Origin: Candidatus Thalassarchaeum sp.
GTDB taxonomy: Archaea > Thermoplasmatota > Poseidoniia > Poseidoniales > Thalassarchaeaceae
Reading direction: 5' to 3'
Length of the DNA: 64,000 nucleotides
Assembly: GCA_022451235.1 (NCBI GenBank)
Contig: JAKUOA010000006.1
Span: forward strand, 44,413 to 108,412
In this document: positions 1 through 10,109 of the stretch, in pieces
Layout: the number at the start of each line of letters is the position of its first letter
Position numbering within the stretch: the first letter of the stretch is position 1
Position numbers and translations under genes: made by a program
The notes under the pieces: generated by a model
Told to the model about the DNA's origin: nothing
Databases searched by the model: none
What the model saw: the letters and a program-made list of their open reading frames with translations, nothing else

Positions 1-684
1 GCCGATCAGATATTGCCCGAAGAAAATCCGAGTAATGCACATTGGTTGCACATCGTCCGCACGACGGAAACCGTTCAAGAAGCCATAGACGCAATGCAAG
101 GCACTCCTTGGGGGAGATGTCTAGCAAAATTAGATGCAGATACATCTCTAACCGAGATGGAGGATGCTTTGGATAGACAGTACTTTACTGATTCACTCGC
201 AGCATCCCGAGGCAAAGAAGGAAGCCCTCAATTAATCAGATATCTGCAAATCGAAATAGATCACAGGAACATCGTGAACCAGTTCAGAGCACTGAGACAA
301 AACTTGTCTACTGAAACACGTGAGAAAATCAATATCTCAGGTGGAAAAATTGCGGATGCTGTAATCAGGGCTGCTTCACAGGCAGATACAGAGGAGGCTT
401 TGCTCGATGCTCTCAGTCGTTCGAACTCTTTCGACGATTCAGGCTTCGATGAGGCTCTACAAGAATCAGCGGAGCGTTCAACGCTTGACCCGCTGGTCAA
501 CTTACTAAGGCTAAAGAGATTGAAGATGCTTAGGAGATTTTCATACCTCAATCCTGTCTCTGCGTTCCCTGTGATTTACTATATTCAAGCCAAGGTTCTG
601 GAAGTTCAGAACTTACGCCTACTCGTGCGCGGTAAGGCGGCAGGCCTCTCCGATGAGGTCATTGAAGCGCACTTATACATCTGA
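1..684 (+). CDS. atpC: A/V-type ATP synthase subunit C (5'-truncated by window edge)
   Basis: Open frame from the window start; C-terminal 'YIQAKVLEVQNLRLLVRGK' fits NtpC/AhaC; lies immediately before F-A-B-D. Confidence 0.9.
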   Translation, partial: ADQILPEENPSNAHWLHIVRTTETVQEAIDAMQGTPWGRCLAKLDADTSLTEMEDALDRQYFTDSLAASRGKEGSPQLIRYLQIEIDHRNIVNQFRALRQNLSTETREKINISGGKIADAVIRAASQADTEEALLDALSRSNSFDDSGFDEALQESAERSTLDPLVNLLRLKRLKMLRRFSYLNPVSAFPVIYYIQAKVLEVQNLRLLVRGKAAGLSDEVIEAHLYI

Positions 685-693
685 GGTGAAAAA

Positions 694-993
694 ATGGATA
701 TCGCAGTAGTCGGGACACCAGAATTCACCCTCGGATTCCAACTCGCTGGCGTAACCCGCCTGCACAATCCAGCAGATTTAGAGGAGACAGCAAATGTACT
801 CCGAAGTCTGATGGATACACCCGAGGTCGGTATTGTCGTAATCGACAGCTCCGACCTCACACAGATGCCAGAGAAGTTGAGATTTCAACTCTCAGAGAGC
901 ATCACGCCCACAGTATTGGGTATTGGGACAGAGGAGGATAACACCCTTCGCGAGTCCATTAAGTCGGCTCTAGGAGTTGACCTATGGAAGTAA
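694..993 (+). CDS. atpF: A/V-type ATP synthase subunit F
   Basis: 99 aa, 'IAVVG...[10 protein letters not shown]' start and '[11 protein letters not shown]' end; GAGGTGA SD upstream. Confidence 0.95.
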   Translation: MDIAVVGTPEFTLGFQLAGVTRLHNPADLEETANVLRSLMDTPEVGIVVIDSSDLTQMPEKLRFQLSESITPTVLGIGTEEDNTLRESIKSALGVDLWK

Positions 994-1021
994 TTCCAGA
1001 AAAAGAAAAGGAAGTGAAAAA

Positions 1022-2764
1022 ATGAGTGAGGAAAAGGGATTGATTTATCGCATTTCAGGACCAGTAGTTACCGCTGTAGGTATTACCCCAAGAATGTATG
1101 AGGTTGTACGAGTCGGTGATGAAGGACTGATGGGTGAAGTCATTGAATTGCACGGAGACCAATCGGTTATCCAGGTCTACGAGGAAACATCGGGTATCAA
1201 GCCAGGTGAGCCTGTAGTCAGAACGGGGCAGACTCTGTCTGTTCAGCTCGGTCCGGGTCTGCTTACGCAGATTTACGACGGAATCCAGCGACCGCTGGAG
1301 GACCTCGAGGAGACTATGGGCGCCTTCATCACACGTGGTGTAGATGCTGATGGTTTAGATCTCAAGAAGAAGTGGGAGTTCAATGCTACCGCTTCGAAAG
1401 GAGATGAGGTAAACGCGGGTCATGTAATAGGAACAGTACAAGAAACTGAGACCATCGAACATCGAGTGATGGTGCCACCAGGAAAGAGTGGTACAATCAA
1501 GAGTATCAAATCGGGTAAATTCGATGTCACTCAGACTGTTTGTACTCTCGATGATGGTACGGAAATTGCCATGATGCAAGAATGGCCGGTTCGAACACCG
1601 CGTCCATTCGTTCGAAAGTACGCACCGGATGTTCCACTAATCACAGGTCAGAGGATCCTCGACTTCCTTTTCCCTCTGGCTAAGGGTGGTACCGCTGGTA
1701 TCCCTGGACCATTCGGAAGTGGTAAGACCGTTACCCAACAACAGTTGGCTAAGTGGTCTGACGCTCAAATCGTTGTTTACATTGGATGCGGTGAGCGAGG
1801 AAACGAGATGACTGAGGTACTTACTGAGTTCCCTCACTTAATCGACCCGCACACAGGAAAGCCTCTGATGAACAGAACCACGATGATTGCAAACACATCC
1901 AATATGCCTGTCGCAGCTCGTGAGGCTTCAGTATATACTGGAATTACTATCGCGGAATACTTCCGAGATATGGGATACGATGTTGCTCTAATGGCTGATT
2001 CAACAAGCCGCTGGGCAGAAGCAATGCGTGAGATTTCTTCTCGACTTGAAGAGATGCCTGGTGAGGAAGGTTACCCTGCTTACTTATCCAGCCGACTGGC
2101 TGAATTCTATGAGCGCGCAGGTCGTGTTCAGACTCTCGCTGGAGATGACGGATCTGTATCAGTTATCGGAGCGGTATCACCTCCTGGTGGTGACATATCC
2201 GAGCCGGTCAGCCAAGGTACACTACGTATCGTCAAGGTGTTCTGGGGACTTGATGCAGGTCTCGCTCGTCAGCGACACTTCCCTGCGATTAACTGGCTGA
2301 GTTCATACTCGCTTTACCCACAGGCATTGGACCAGTGGTATCGCGACAATATCGCCAGCGATTTCCCCGAGATTCGTACTGAAATCAGTGCTCTATTGCA
2401 GGTTGAAGCCGAGTTGCAAGAAATTGTCCAACTGGTCGGTTCCGATGCTCTACCAATCGACCAGCAATTAACTCTCGAAGTTGCTCGTATGATTCGTGAG
2501 TTCTTCCTTCAACAAAACGCGTTTCACGATGTGGATACTTACAGCAATCTCAAGCTACAATATACAATGGCTAGAGCGATTCTAGCATTCCAAGATGAAG
2601 CAAAGAAGGCTATTGCTGGTGGTGCAGACCTAGAATCAGTGGTTAACGTACAGGCTAGGACCGACATCATGAGGGGAAGATTCGAAGAAGGATACGAAGA
2701 TCGTATCGAGAAACTAGTGAAAGAAATGGGCAAGCAGATTTCTGCTACCATGGAGGAGAACTGA
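1022..2764 (+). CDS. atpA: A/V-type ATP synthase subunit A (catalytic)
   Basis: GPFGSGKT P-loop, [14 protein letters not shown]; ATG at 1022 preferred over TTG at 977. Confidence 0.98.
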   Translation: MSEEKGLIYRISGPVVTAVGITPRMYEVVRVGDEGLMGEVIELHGDQSVIQVYEETSGIKPGEPVVRTGQTLSVQLGPGLLTQIYDGIQRPLEDLEETMGAFITRGVDADGLDLKKKWEFNATASKGDEVNAGHVIGTVQETETIEHRVMVPPGKSGTIKSIKSGKFDVTQTVCTLDDGTEIAMMQEWPVRTPRPFVRKYAPDVPLITGQRILDFLFPLAKGGTAGIPGPFGSGKTVTQQQLAKWSDAQIVVYIGCGERGNEMTEVLTEFPHLIDPHTGKPLMNRTTMIANTSNMPVAAREASVYTGITIAEYFRDMGYDVALMADSTSRWAEAMREISSRLEEMPGEEGYPAYLSSRLAEFYERAGRVQTLAGDDGSVSVIGAVSPPGGDISEPVSQGTLRIVKVFWGLDAGLARQRHFPAINWLSSYSLYPQALDQWYRDNIASDFPEIRTEISALLQVEAELQEIVQLVGSDALPIDQQLTLEVARMIREFFLQQNAFHDVDTYSNLKLQYTMARAILAFQDEAKKAIAGGADLESVVNVQARTDIMRGRFEEGYEDRIEKLVKEMGKQISATMEEN

Positions 2765-2776
2765 GGAGGGATATGA

Positions 2777-4162
2777 ATGAGTGGAAAAGAGTACCGAACC
2801 ATTACTGACGTCAAGGGGCCGCTTGTGTTCCTAAACAAAACCGAACCTGTAGCTTACGGTGAAATTGTACAGTTGCGACTTTCCGATGGCACCATGAAGA
2901 ACGGACAGGTTCTCGATACATCCGATGACCAAGTTATCGTACAGGTTTTCGAAGGAACATCTTCGGTTGATCGACAAACCGGTGTTAAGTTCCTAGGCGA
3001 TGTATTCCGCCTACCTGTTAGCAAAGACCTAGTAGGTCGTATTCTAGACGGTGCGGGCCGACCTCGTGATGGTGGACCAGCAATCGTTCCTGACGAAATG
3101 GCCGATATCATCGGAGCTGCAATTAATCCATACTCTCGTGAAAGCCCAGAGTCATTTATCCAGACTGGAATTTCCGCAATCGACGCATGTACATCTCTTG
3201 TTAGAGGACAAAAGCTGCCTATCTTCAGCGCTGCTGGTCTTCCTCACAACGACATTGCACTTCAGATTGCTAGGCAAGCAAAGCTGGTCGGCAGTGACGA
3301 CGATTTCGTCGTAGTTTTCTGTGCTATGGGTATCACAGCGGAGGAGTACAACTTCTTCGTCCATGATCTTGAGCGAACAGGTGCATTGGAAAATTCAGCG
3401 CTGTTCGTCAACTTAGCCGACGACCCAGCAGTTGAGCGTCTGATTACACCACGTCTAGCATTGACTGCCGCTGAGTATCTTGCTTTCGAGCATGATTATC
3501 ACGTACTGGTTATCTACACAGACATGACAAACTACTGTGAGTCTTTGAGACAAATCGGTGCCGCCCGTGAAGAAGTTCCTGGACGACGCGGTTACCCTGG
3601 ATACATGTACACTGACTTGGCAATGCTCTACGAGCGCGCAGGTTTGGTCAAGGGTAAGAAAGGAAGTATCACACAATTCCCTATCCTAACTATGCCTGGT
3701 GACGATATTACTCACCCAATTCCTGACCTTTCAGGATATATTACAGAGGGTCAGATTGTTATTTCACGTGAATTGCATCAGAAGGGTATCTATCCTCCGA
3801 TTAACGTTCTACCTTCGCTAAGTCGACTAATGAACGCTGGTATTGGTGATGGCAAGACTCGTGAAGATCACAAGTCGGTATCCGACCAGTTGTACGCTGC
3901 TTACGCTCAAGGTAAGGAATTGCGAGGACTGGTTGCGATTGTCGGTGAAGATGCATTGAATGAGCGTGACCTTCAGTTGCTGAAGTTCGCTGATATATTC
4001 GAAAATGAGTTCTTGCGGCAGAGCCGCGATGAAGACCGATCAATCGGTGAAGGTACACTCGATCTTGCTTGGAATCTGCTAACCAATATCGACACGAAGT
4101 ATCTCGTTCGACTAGATCAGAAGTGGATTGACAAGTACCATCCAACAGAGAAAAAGGAGTAA
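2777..4162 (+). CDS. atpB: A/V-type ATP synthase subunit B
   Basis: [36 protein letters not shown]. Confidence 0.98.
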   Translation: MSGKEYRTITDVKGPLVFLNKTEPVAYGEIVQLRLSDGTMKNGQVLDTSDDQVIVQVFEGTSSVDRQTGVKFLGDVFRLPVSKDLVGRILDGAGRPRDGGPAIVPDEMADIIGAAINPYSRESPESFIQTGISAIDACTSLVRGQKLPIFSAAGLPHNDIALQIARQAKLVGSDDDFVVVFCAMGITAEEYNFFVHDLERTGALENSALFVNLADDPAVERLITPRLALTAAEYLAFEHDYHVLVIYTDMTNYCESLRQIGAAREEVPGRRGYPGYMYTDLAMLYERAGLVKGKKGSITQFPILTMPGDDITHPIPDLSGYITEGQIVISRELHQKGIYPPINVLPSLSRLMNAGIGDGKTREDHKSVSDQLYAAYAQGKELRGLVAIVGEDALNERDLQLLKFADIFENEFLRQSRDEDRSIGEGTLDLAWNLLTNIDTKYLVRLDQKWIDKYHPTEKKE

Positions 4163-4195
4163 ACTCTCGAAATAAGTCGATGAGGAGGTGAAAAA

Positions 4196-4813
4196 ATGGC
4201 ATTGGACATAAAACCAACCAGGTCCGAGCTAATCAACCTCAAGCGACGCATCAAGCAGACATCTAGTGGATACAATCTACTGAAGATGAAGCGTGACGGA
4301 TTGTTTCACGAGTTCCGAACTCTGTTGTCTGATATGATTAGTGCAAGAGAGGAACTCGTCGGCACTTATCGCGAAGCGGTAGAAGCTATCAGTTTAGCAA
4401 GTGCAATCGAAGGCGGACTTGTTGTAAAGAGTGCAGCCATTGCTAACTCGGCCTCACCGGAAGTTGAAGTTAGTCGCCGAAATATCATGGGAGTTGTAGT
4501 TCCTCAGGTAGAAGGGCAGAATCTAACCTCGACAATCGAAGAACGCGGCACAGGTCTAATCGGTGGTTCTCCATATATTGACGAGGCAGCAGATGCCTAC
4601 TCCTCACTAATTGCCAATATAGTCAAAGCCGCCGAGATGGAGGCTACTTTGAAGCGACTTCTAGAAGAAATCGAAGCAACCAAGCGCCGTGTCAACGCAC
4701 TTGAGTTCAAGGTTATTCCAGAGATGAAAGAAGCGCAGACTTTCATCCAACTCAGATTGGAAGAAATGGAGCGTGAAGAGACCTTCCGCTTGAAGCGATT
4801 CAAGAATAAGTGA
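4196..4813 (+). CDS. atpD: A/V-type ATP synthase subunit D
   Basis: PTRSEL...LLKMKRD and TKRRVNALE motifs; operon position. Confidence 0.97.
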   Translation: MALDIKPTRSELINLKRRIKQTSSGYNLLKMKRDGLFHEFRTLLSDMISAREELVGTYREAVEAISLASAIEGGLVVKSAAIANSASPEVEVSRRNIMGVVVPQVEGQNLTSTIEERGTGLIGGSPYIDEAADAYSSLIANIVKAAEMEATLKRLLEEIEATKRRVNALEFKVIPEMKEAQTFIQLRLEEMEREETFRLKRFKNK

Positions 4814-4871
4814 GAGCATCTTTGTATCACGGTTTGCGCATTACGCGGTTTGATAGGTGGGTGCATGAGTT

Positions 4872-4894
4872 CGCAACCACCAAAGGTGGTTGCG
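4872..4894. repeat. Perfect 10-bp inverted repeat CGCAACCACC-AAA-GGTGGTTGCG covering an SD-like GGTGG
   Basis: Read directly; ends 4 nt before ATG 4899. Confidence 0.75.
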
Positions 4895-4898
4895 TAGT

Positions 4899-7343
4899 AT
4901 GTCGGAAGCCGAAGCAATCATCCTCGATCACTCGGCTTGGAGCCAGCAAGAATTGCTCCTCCACATCATCCATCGCTACTTCGATTTAGGTAACGAAGTG
5001 ATGGCCGGGCAGGCTTGGGAGGTAAGGGCAAAAAGTGGTAGAAGCGACTCAGAGGCGTTAATCCAACTCAACAAGGAACTGGAGCCCTTAGGCTATCTTT
5101 CGATGCTAGACAGGGGCAATCCGCCCATACTTAGCATCGCTAATTATCCGGAAGGTCAGCAAATTATTGCAAATTGGCAATTATCTGCTGTTTGGCTAAT
5201 GATGGCCGGCTTCCTTACTATGATTGGTAGCGCTTGGCTAATGCAGTTCGATTCAAGCGCTACCGCACTCGATTCGAATTTACTGCAAGAATCTATGATT
5301 TACTTGGCTATTCCAATGATATTCGTCTTGGCCTTGGCTAGCGAAGTTCGCAGAAGAATTGCCCTACAATATGGAGTTAAAATAGGTCATGTTGTGCCGA
5401 TAGCCTTCCCTATTTTGGCCGTTAGTTGGCCTTTTGGTTTGGCTGGTGTGTTGAGTCAACATAGAGCTGATTTACTTCCAATACCCAACCGAAGGGCTCT
5501 TGCGATGATCGAATTAGCGGCCCCTCTCACCCTATTCTTCGGTGGAAGTTTACTAACTCTCATCGGTTTGCATTTAACTCCTCTGGAGCCTCCTGAATTA
5601 TCCTCTGCACCTATTGGTTTTGACAATAATGTCCTAATCTCAATCCTAACATTAGATTGGATTGGAGATGATTTGCTCATCAAATTACAATGGATTCATC
5701 TTACTGGTCTTGCTGGAATCGGCCTCACTCTAATCGGTTGGACTCTGTTGTTACCTATTCCAGGATTTCCTGGCGACCGAATATTGCATGCTTTAATCGG
5801 TCCTGCCGAGATGTCCGATTCAAACCGCCAAACAGGAATATTCATTCTAATGCTCGGTGCAATGGTGATAATCTTTGCAAATACCGAGTATATGCCTTGG
5901 CTGTTGATTGCAGCTTTGGCGGCTATGCGCCGTTTCAGTCCAGAGAATTCTCCTCCACCACTGGTTATTGACGAGTCAATAGTTCCTTCTAACAAGGAAC
6001 GCAGTAGATTTGTCATGCTTCTTGTATTCGTTCTAATTTTGGGATTCCCTGGATTGAACCCTTCCTTTGCAATCAACCAATGGGACGAAGGCTTGGACAC
6101 CTCTGGATGGGTTGATGAGATCGAACTTAACTTCTCAGAATCCTACAATCTAACTCTAGAGTTAACTCCAGAAGGAATCAATCCGGTCTCCGGATGGATA
6201 CAGATTAGACTGGAGGGGGAATACTCCCAATTATGGGATATAAATTCCTCTAAGTTGAACGAAGATAGAATCTACAGGTTTGATCAGGTGACTCAAAATT
6301 CACCCGACGACCTAAGTCTGACAATAACTCCTCTGAATATAGCTCAAAATAATCCAAACCTAGCTCCTGACGCCTCTATGTGGTTGAGAATTCTAGTTGA
6401 TGTCGAAGGTCATATCGAAGAGCATCTAACGGTTCTGAGAAATTCTGCAACAACCTCTCCAATAGATCCTCTTTGGTTACTGATTGAGGATACTGAGACT
6501 CCAAGAATTTGTATGAGTATTCAGAAGGTGGATAATAGGACTGCGTCTTTAGTTCTAACAAATCCATTTTGGGAGTTTGAGAACGACACTAACCTGACTC
6601 AACCAGGCCTTTACGACGTTTGTCTAAGAGGCTACGAAGGTGCATTGCAATCATCACAATACAAAGATGAATTTAGAAGAGTCATGGGTCCAGCACTGGC
6701 ACTAGATTTCGAAGATGGCGAGAGGGTGACGTGGTGGTTGCCAGTGGATGGAACCGAAGCCAAATTACAGATTTCTGATGGCGCTTGGCAAATGCCGGAT
6801 TGGTACTCAGCAAATACAGATTATACGATAACTTTCGGTGCTCAAGGAAATGCATTTTGTCCATCAACTACAATAATGCCTGAGATGGAAATTGGGGATA
6901 GTTGGAATTGGACCTTTTCCGACCGTTCTTCCATTAGAATTCCAGCCGGTCAATTAGGTTCGGGAACTCTATACTTCGGTTCTAGTGGTTGGTTAGCCTT
7001 CTGTAAGGAAGGAGTAATGCTACGTTCGTATATGGTCATCGAGGGAGATGATGTAATTTTAGACGGAGGAGATATCGGGATGCATTTGGCTTTCCCCGAA
7101 TACATAATCTCTAATCGCATGAACAAGACAATTCCGATTACCGTAAGTTGGACTGGAGATTCACCCGAAGCAGATGTTTGGACAGTCTCTATACCGGACG
7201 AAATCTCTCCAAACTCAGATTTGATGGTGCTTCTGGAGACTGCAGGTACAACCGCTTTGTATCGAGCGGTTTGGGTAACCGTAGATGAGGGTGAAATCAC
7301 AGTTAACCTAGCCGCTCGGTGTCCAGTTGATGGGTGTGAATAG
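4899..7343 (+). CDS. Polytopic membrane protein, site-2 protease (M50)-like fold with degenerate active site and a large C-terminal extracellular domain
   Basis: Multiple TM segments; 'LASEVRRRIALQYGV' at the HExxH position and 'LLPIPGFPGDRIL' at the NxxPxxxLDG position. Confidence 0.7.
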   Translation: MSEAEAIILDHSAWSQQELLLHIIHRYFDLGNEVMAGQAWEVRAKSGRSDSEALIQLNKELEPLGYLSMLDRGNPPILSIANYPEGQQIIANWQLSAVWLMMAGFLTMIGSAWLMQFDSSATALDSNLLQESMIYLAIPMIFVLALASEVRRRIALQYGVKIGHVVPIAFPILAVSWPFGLAGVLSQHRADLLPIPNRRALAMIELAAPLTLFFGGSLLTLIGLHLTPLEPPELSSAPIGFDNNVLISILTLDWIGDDLLIKLQWIHLTGLAGIGLTLIGWTLLLPIPGFPGDRILHALIGPAEMSDSNRQTGIFILMLGAMVIIFANTEYMPWLLIAALAAMRRFSPENSPPPLVIDESIVPSNKERSRFVMLLVFVLILGFPGLNPSFAINQWDEGLDTSGWVDEIELNFSESYNLTLELTPEGINPVSGWIQIRLEGEYSQLWDINSSKLNEDRIYRFDQVTQNSPDDLSLTITPLNIAQNNPNLAPDASMWLRILVDVEGHIEEHLTVLRNSATTSPIDPLWLLIEDTETPRICMSIQKVDNRTASLVLTNPFWEFENDTNLTQPGLYDVCLRGYEGALQSSQYKDEFRRVMGPALALDFEDGERVTWWLPVDGTEAKLQISDGAWQMPDWYSANTDYTITFGAQGNAFCPSTTIMPEMEIGDSWNWTFSDRSSIRIPAGQLGSGTLYFGSSGWLAFCKEGVMLRSYMVIEGDDVILDGGDIGMHLAFPEYIISNRMNKTIPITVSWTGDSPEADVWTVSIPDEISPNSDLMVLLETAGTTALYRAVWVTVDEGEITVNLAARCPVDGCE

Positions 7344-8297
7344 ATGCGAATCGCAGTTCTTGGAGTCGGTTCAATCGGGGGGGTTATTCTCGGCGCTCTT
7401 TCGGATACAGATGCAGATCTTGTGGCAGTATCTCGTGGCCAAGTTGCTAGCAATCTGGAAATGATTGGCTTGATTCTACACACTCCAGAGGGTTCGATAG
7501 AGATGATTCCTCCAGACCGATTTAGTGTCGTCGATAGTCATGAAGGGCCAATTCCTGAACAGATTAGAGGTACTTGTGATGTTGCTATCATATGTGGAAA
7601 GGCCTCCTCAACTTCTGTTTTAGCGCAAATCGCTGAAGAAGTTCTAACTCCAAATGGACTCGCAATCAGTATACAGAATGGTCTTGGTCACTCAGAGATG
7701 TTGGCTCATCGTTTAGGTAGGGAAAGAATACTTGGGGGTTCGATTACTCATGGTGCTTGGAAGGATGGTGAATCAGGAATTCATTGGGTAGGTCGAGGAG
7801 CCATTCGAATGGGCAACCTCGATGGAGGAGGTGCCGCCGAGGTGGCCTTATCTCTAATGCAAGTATTTGAGGATGCAAACCTCAATCCGATATGGTCCGA
7901 TGATGTACAAAACATAGTATGGAGAAAGCTACTGTTGAATGTTGCAATCAATCCAGTCTGTGCGATTGCTGGAGTTAGAAATGGTGCCCTTATCGACGTA
8001 CCCGAACTCTGGGATCAAGCGATGGCCGCTATGCTAGAAGCAGCGGCAGTGGGCAGAGCCTCCGGTGTCGACTTAGGCGATGTGGATTTGGAAGAACACC
8101 TACGAAAGGTGGTCGAGGCAACGTCCGACAATCGTTGCTCGATGTTACAAGATGTGATGGCTGGACGCGCCACAGAAATTGAATCACTTTGCGGTGCTGT
8201 TGTAGAAAGAGGTGAGTCGGTTGGGATTCCAACTCCTGCAAATCAGTCCCTCTATGCATTGGTCAAAGGTATCCAAAGGTCTGGCGAATTCGCCTAA
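7344..8297 (+). CDS. panE: 2-dehydropantoate 2-reductase (ApbA/PanE)
   Basis: GVGSIG Rossmann motif, IQNGLG, WRKLLLNVAINP, SMLQDV...TEIE. Confidence 0.92.
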   Translation: MRIAVLGVGSIGGVILGALSDTDADLVAVSRGQVASNLEMIGLILHTPEGSIEMIPPDRFSVVDSHEGPIPEQIRGTCDVAIICGKASSTSVLAQIAEEVLTPNGLAISIQNGLGHSEMLAHRLGRERILGGSITHGAWKDGESGIHWVGRGAIRMGNLDGGGAAEVALSLMQVFEDANLNPIWSDDVQNIVWRKLLLNVAINPVCAIAGVRNGALIDVPELWDQAMAAMLEAAAVGRASGVDLGDVDLEEHLRKVVEATSDNRCSMLQDVMAGRATEIESLCGAVVERGESVGIPTPANQSLYALVKGIQRSGEFA

Positions 8298-9929
8298 TTA
8301 TTCGCAATCAATATTGTAGTGAAGTCCGACGTTCTTCCTTCTAGCAATCGAGGCTTCGATAACCAGTTCAGCACAAATAATCAGATTACGTAATTCCACC
8401 ATTGCCTGAGTAGGTTTAGTCGCATGCCAGACAGGAACTACATCGGCTCTGATTTGTGTAATCTTCTCTCTGGCTTTTTCTAATCGAGAATCACTCTTGA
8501 CCAAACCAACATCGTTTGTCATCATCATTCTAAGCGCCAATAAATCACTTTGGAGAGTTCCGTGGTCTGCTAACTCCTCAAGATCTTCTCCTCTCCAATA
8601 AGTGATGTCTTCAACGATATCTGGAAGCAATCCATCTTCTGCTCTGGAAATAATATCAGTAGCCGCTCTCTCAGAGTACACTACCGCTTCTAGTAGCGAA
8701 TTGGAAGCGAGGCGGTTAGCGCCATGAAGTCCGGTTCTAGCAACTTCTCCGATAGAGTATAGCCCAGGTAGAACTTTTCCTTCATGCATTGCCCTGCCTT
8801 TCTTGTCAACCTTTACTCCTCCAACAAGATAGTGTGCGGCAGGGCGCACAGGAATAGGATCAGGCCCTAGATCGATTCCATGTTCAGACAATTTATCTGT
8901 AATCGTGGGGAACTCTTGTCGGATTGCCTCAACATCTAGATGTTCAGTTACTAGGAGTACGTGAGAATCTCCACTTCTCTTCAATTCTCTATCAGTGGCT
9001 CTTGCTACGACGTCTCTAGTGTCCAATGAGCCTTTGTCTGAATATCGGTTCATGTAGGATAAATCATCAGGAGAGTCGCCAATCTCCTTCCATTTGTGAT
9101 ATTCGGAACGGGTCATCAAAATCGCCCCATGCCCTCTCATAGCTTCTGTAATCAAAAACGGATTTTGTGAATCGACGGCTAATGCAGTTGGGTGGAATTG
9201 AATGAATTCCATGTCGCATATATCTGCTCCTAATCTATGCGCCATGGCTACACCATCACCTGTGGAAACCATTGGATTTGTAGTTGCAAGATGAAGCATA
9301 CCCGCTCCTCCAGAAGCTAACACAACACAGCGTGATGCCAAGGTGTAGACCTTACCATCTGGGGCTAGGCACCACAAACCTGCAACTCCTTTCTCGGGCT
9401 TATGCAAATCCCGCCTAACAAGATCTAGAACCATCCAGTCCTCTAGAATTCTCAGACCGGATTCGTATTCATCTGCCGCACCTTCAGTCAAGGCCCGCTC
9501 GATTTCGGCTCCAGTTCTATCGCGAGAATGTAATATTCTATGCTCGGAGTGGCCACCTTCCCTGGTTAGATCATACAGACCATCCGCACTCAAATCGAAT
9601 TGCACTCCATGTTTTACCAAATCACGAATCCTATCAGCAGCATCGTACACAACCGAACGCACAACCTCCTCATTACACAAACCTCCTCCTGATGCTAACG
9701 TGTCCTCAACATGAGCCTCTAGAGCCGCCTTGTTATCGATATCGAGAACTCCAGCAATTCCTCCTTGAGCCCAGTTCGTAGATGAGGTTGAGAGGCTCTT
9801 CTTTGTGATGATTGCAACAGAGAGTCCTGCTCGGAAGCAACGCAAGCCAAGAAACAGTCCAGCGATGCCCGAGCCGATAACCGCGACGTCGACTGGCGGC
9901 AAGTCGCGGTTCGGTGCATCCACTGCCAT
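8298..9929 (-). CDS. nadB: L-aspartate oxidase
   Basis: GSGIAG, WAQGGIA, EGGHS, QFHPT, GLHGANRLASNSLLE. Confidence 0.95.
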   Translation of the reverse strand: MAVDAPNRDLPPVDVAVIGSGIAGLFLGLRCFRAGLSVAIITKKSLSTSSTNWAQGGIAGVLDIDNKAALEAHVEDTLASGGGLCNEEVVRSVVYDAADRIRDLVKHGVQFDLSADGLYDLTREGGHSEHRILHSRDRTGAEIERALTEGAADEYESGLRILEDWMVLDLVRRDLHKPEKGVAGLWCLAPDGKVYTLASRCVVLASGGAGMLHLATTNPMVSTGDGVAMAHRLGADICDMEFIQFHPTALAVDSQNPFLITEAMRGHGAILMTRSEYHKWKEIGDSPDDLSYMNRYSDKGSLDTRDVVARATDRELKRSGDSHVLLVTEHLDVEAIRQEFPTITDKLSEHGIDLGPDPIPVRPAAHYLVGGVKVDKKGRAMHEGKVLPGLYSIGEVARTGLHGANRLASNSLLEAVVYSERAATDIISRAEDGLLPDIVEDITYWRGEDLEELADHGTLQSDLLALRMMMTNDVGLVKSDSRLEKAREKITQIRADVVPVWHATKPTQAMVELRNLIICAELVIEASIARRKNVGLHYNIDCE

Positions 9930-10109
9930 GCTGATTCCTCAAACTATCTTGCATTGAAGATAACCATTCTTCACCCACACTTCCGGCTCTTGGTAATAGT
10001 GTCTGCAAACACTCTCCGAACCGCTGTGATGCCTCAACCTTCATAGTCTTGGAAGGGGGCAGGGAAAGAATGACGTCGGGTAAATTCCTTTCGTCATTTA
10101 GGTGATGGG

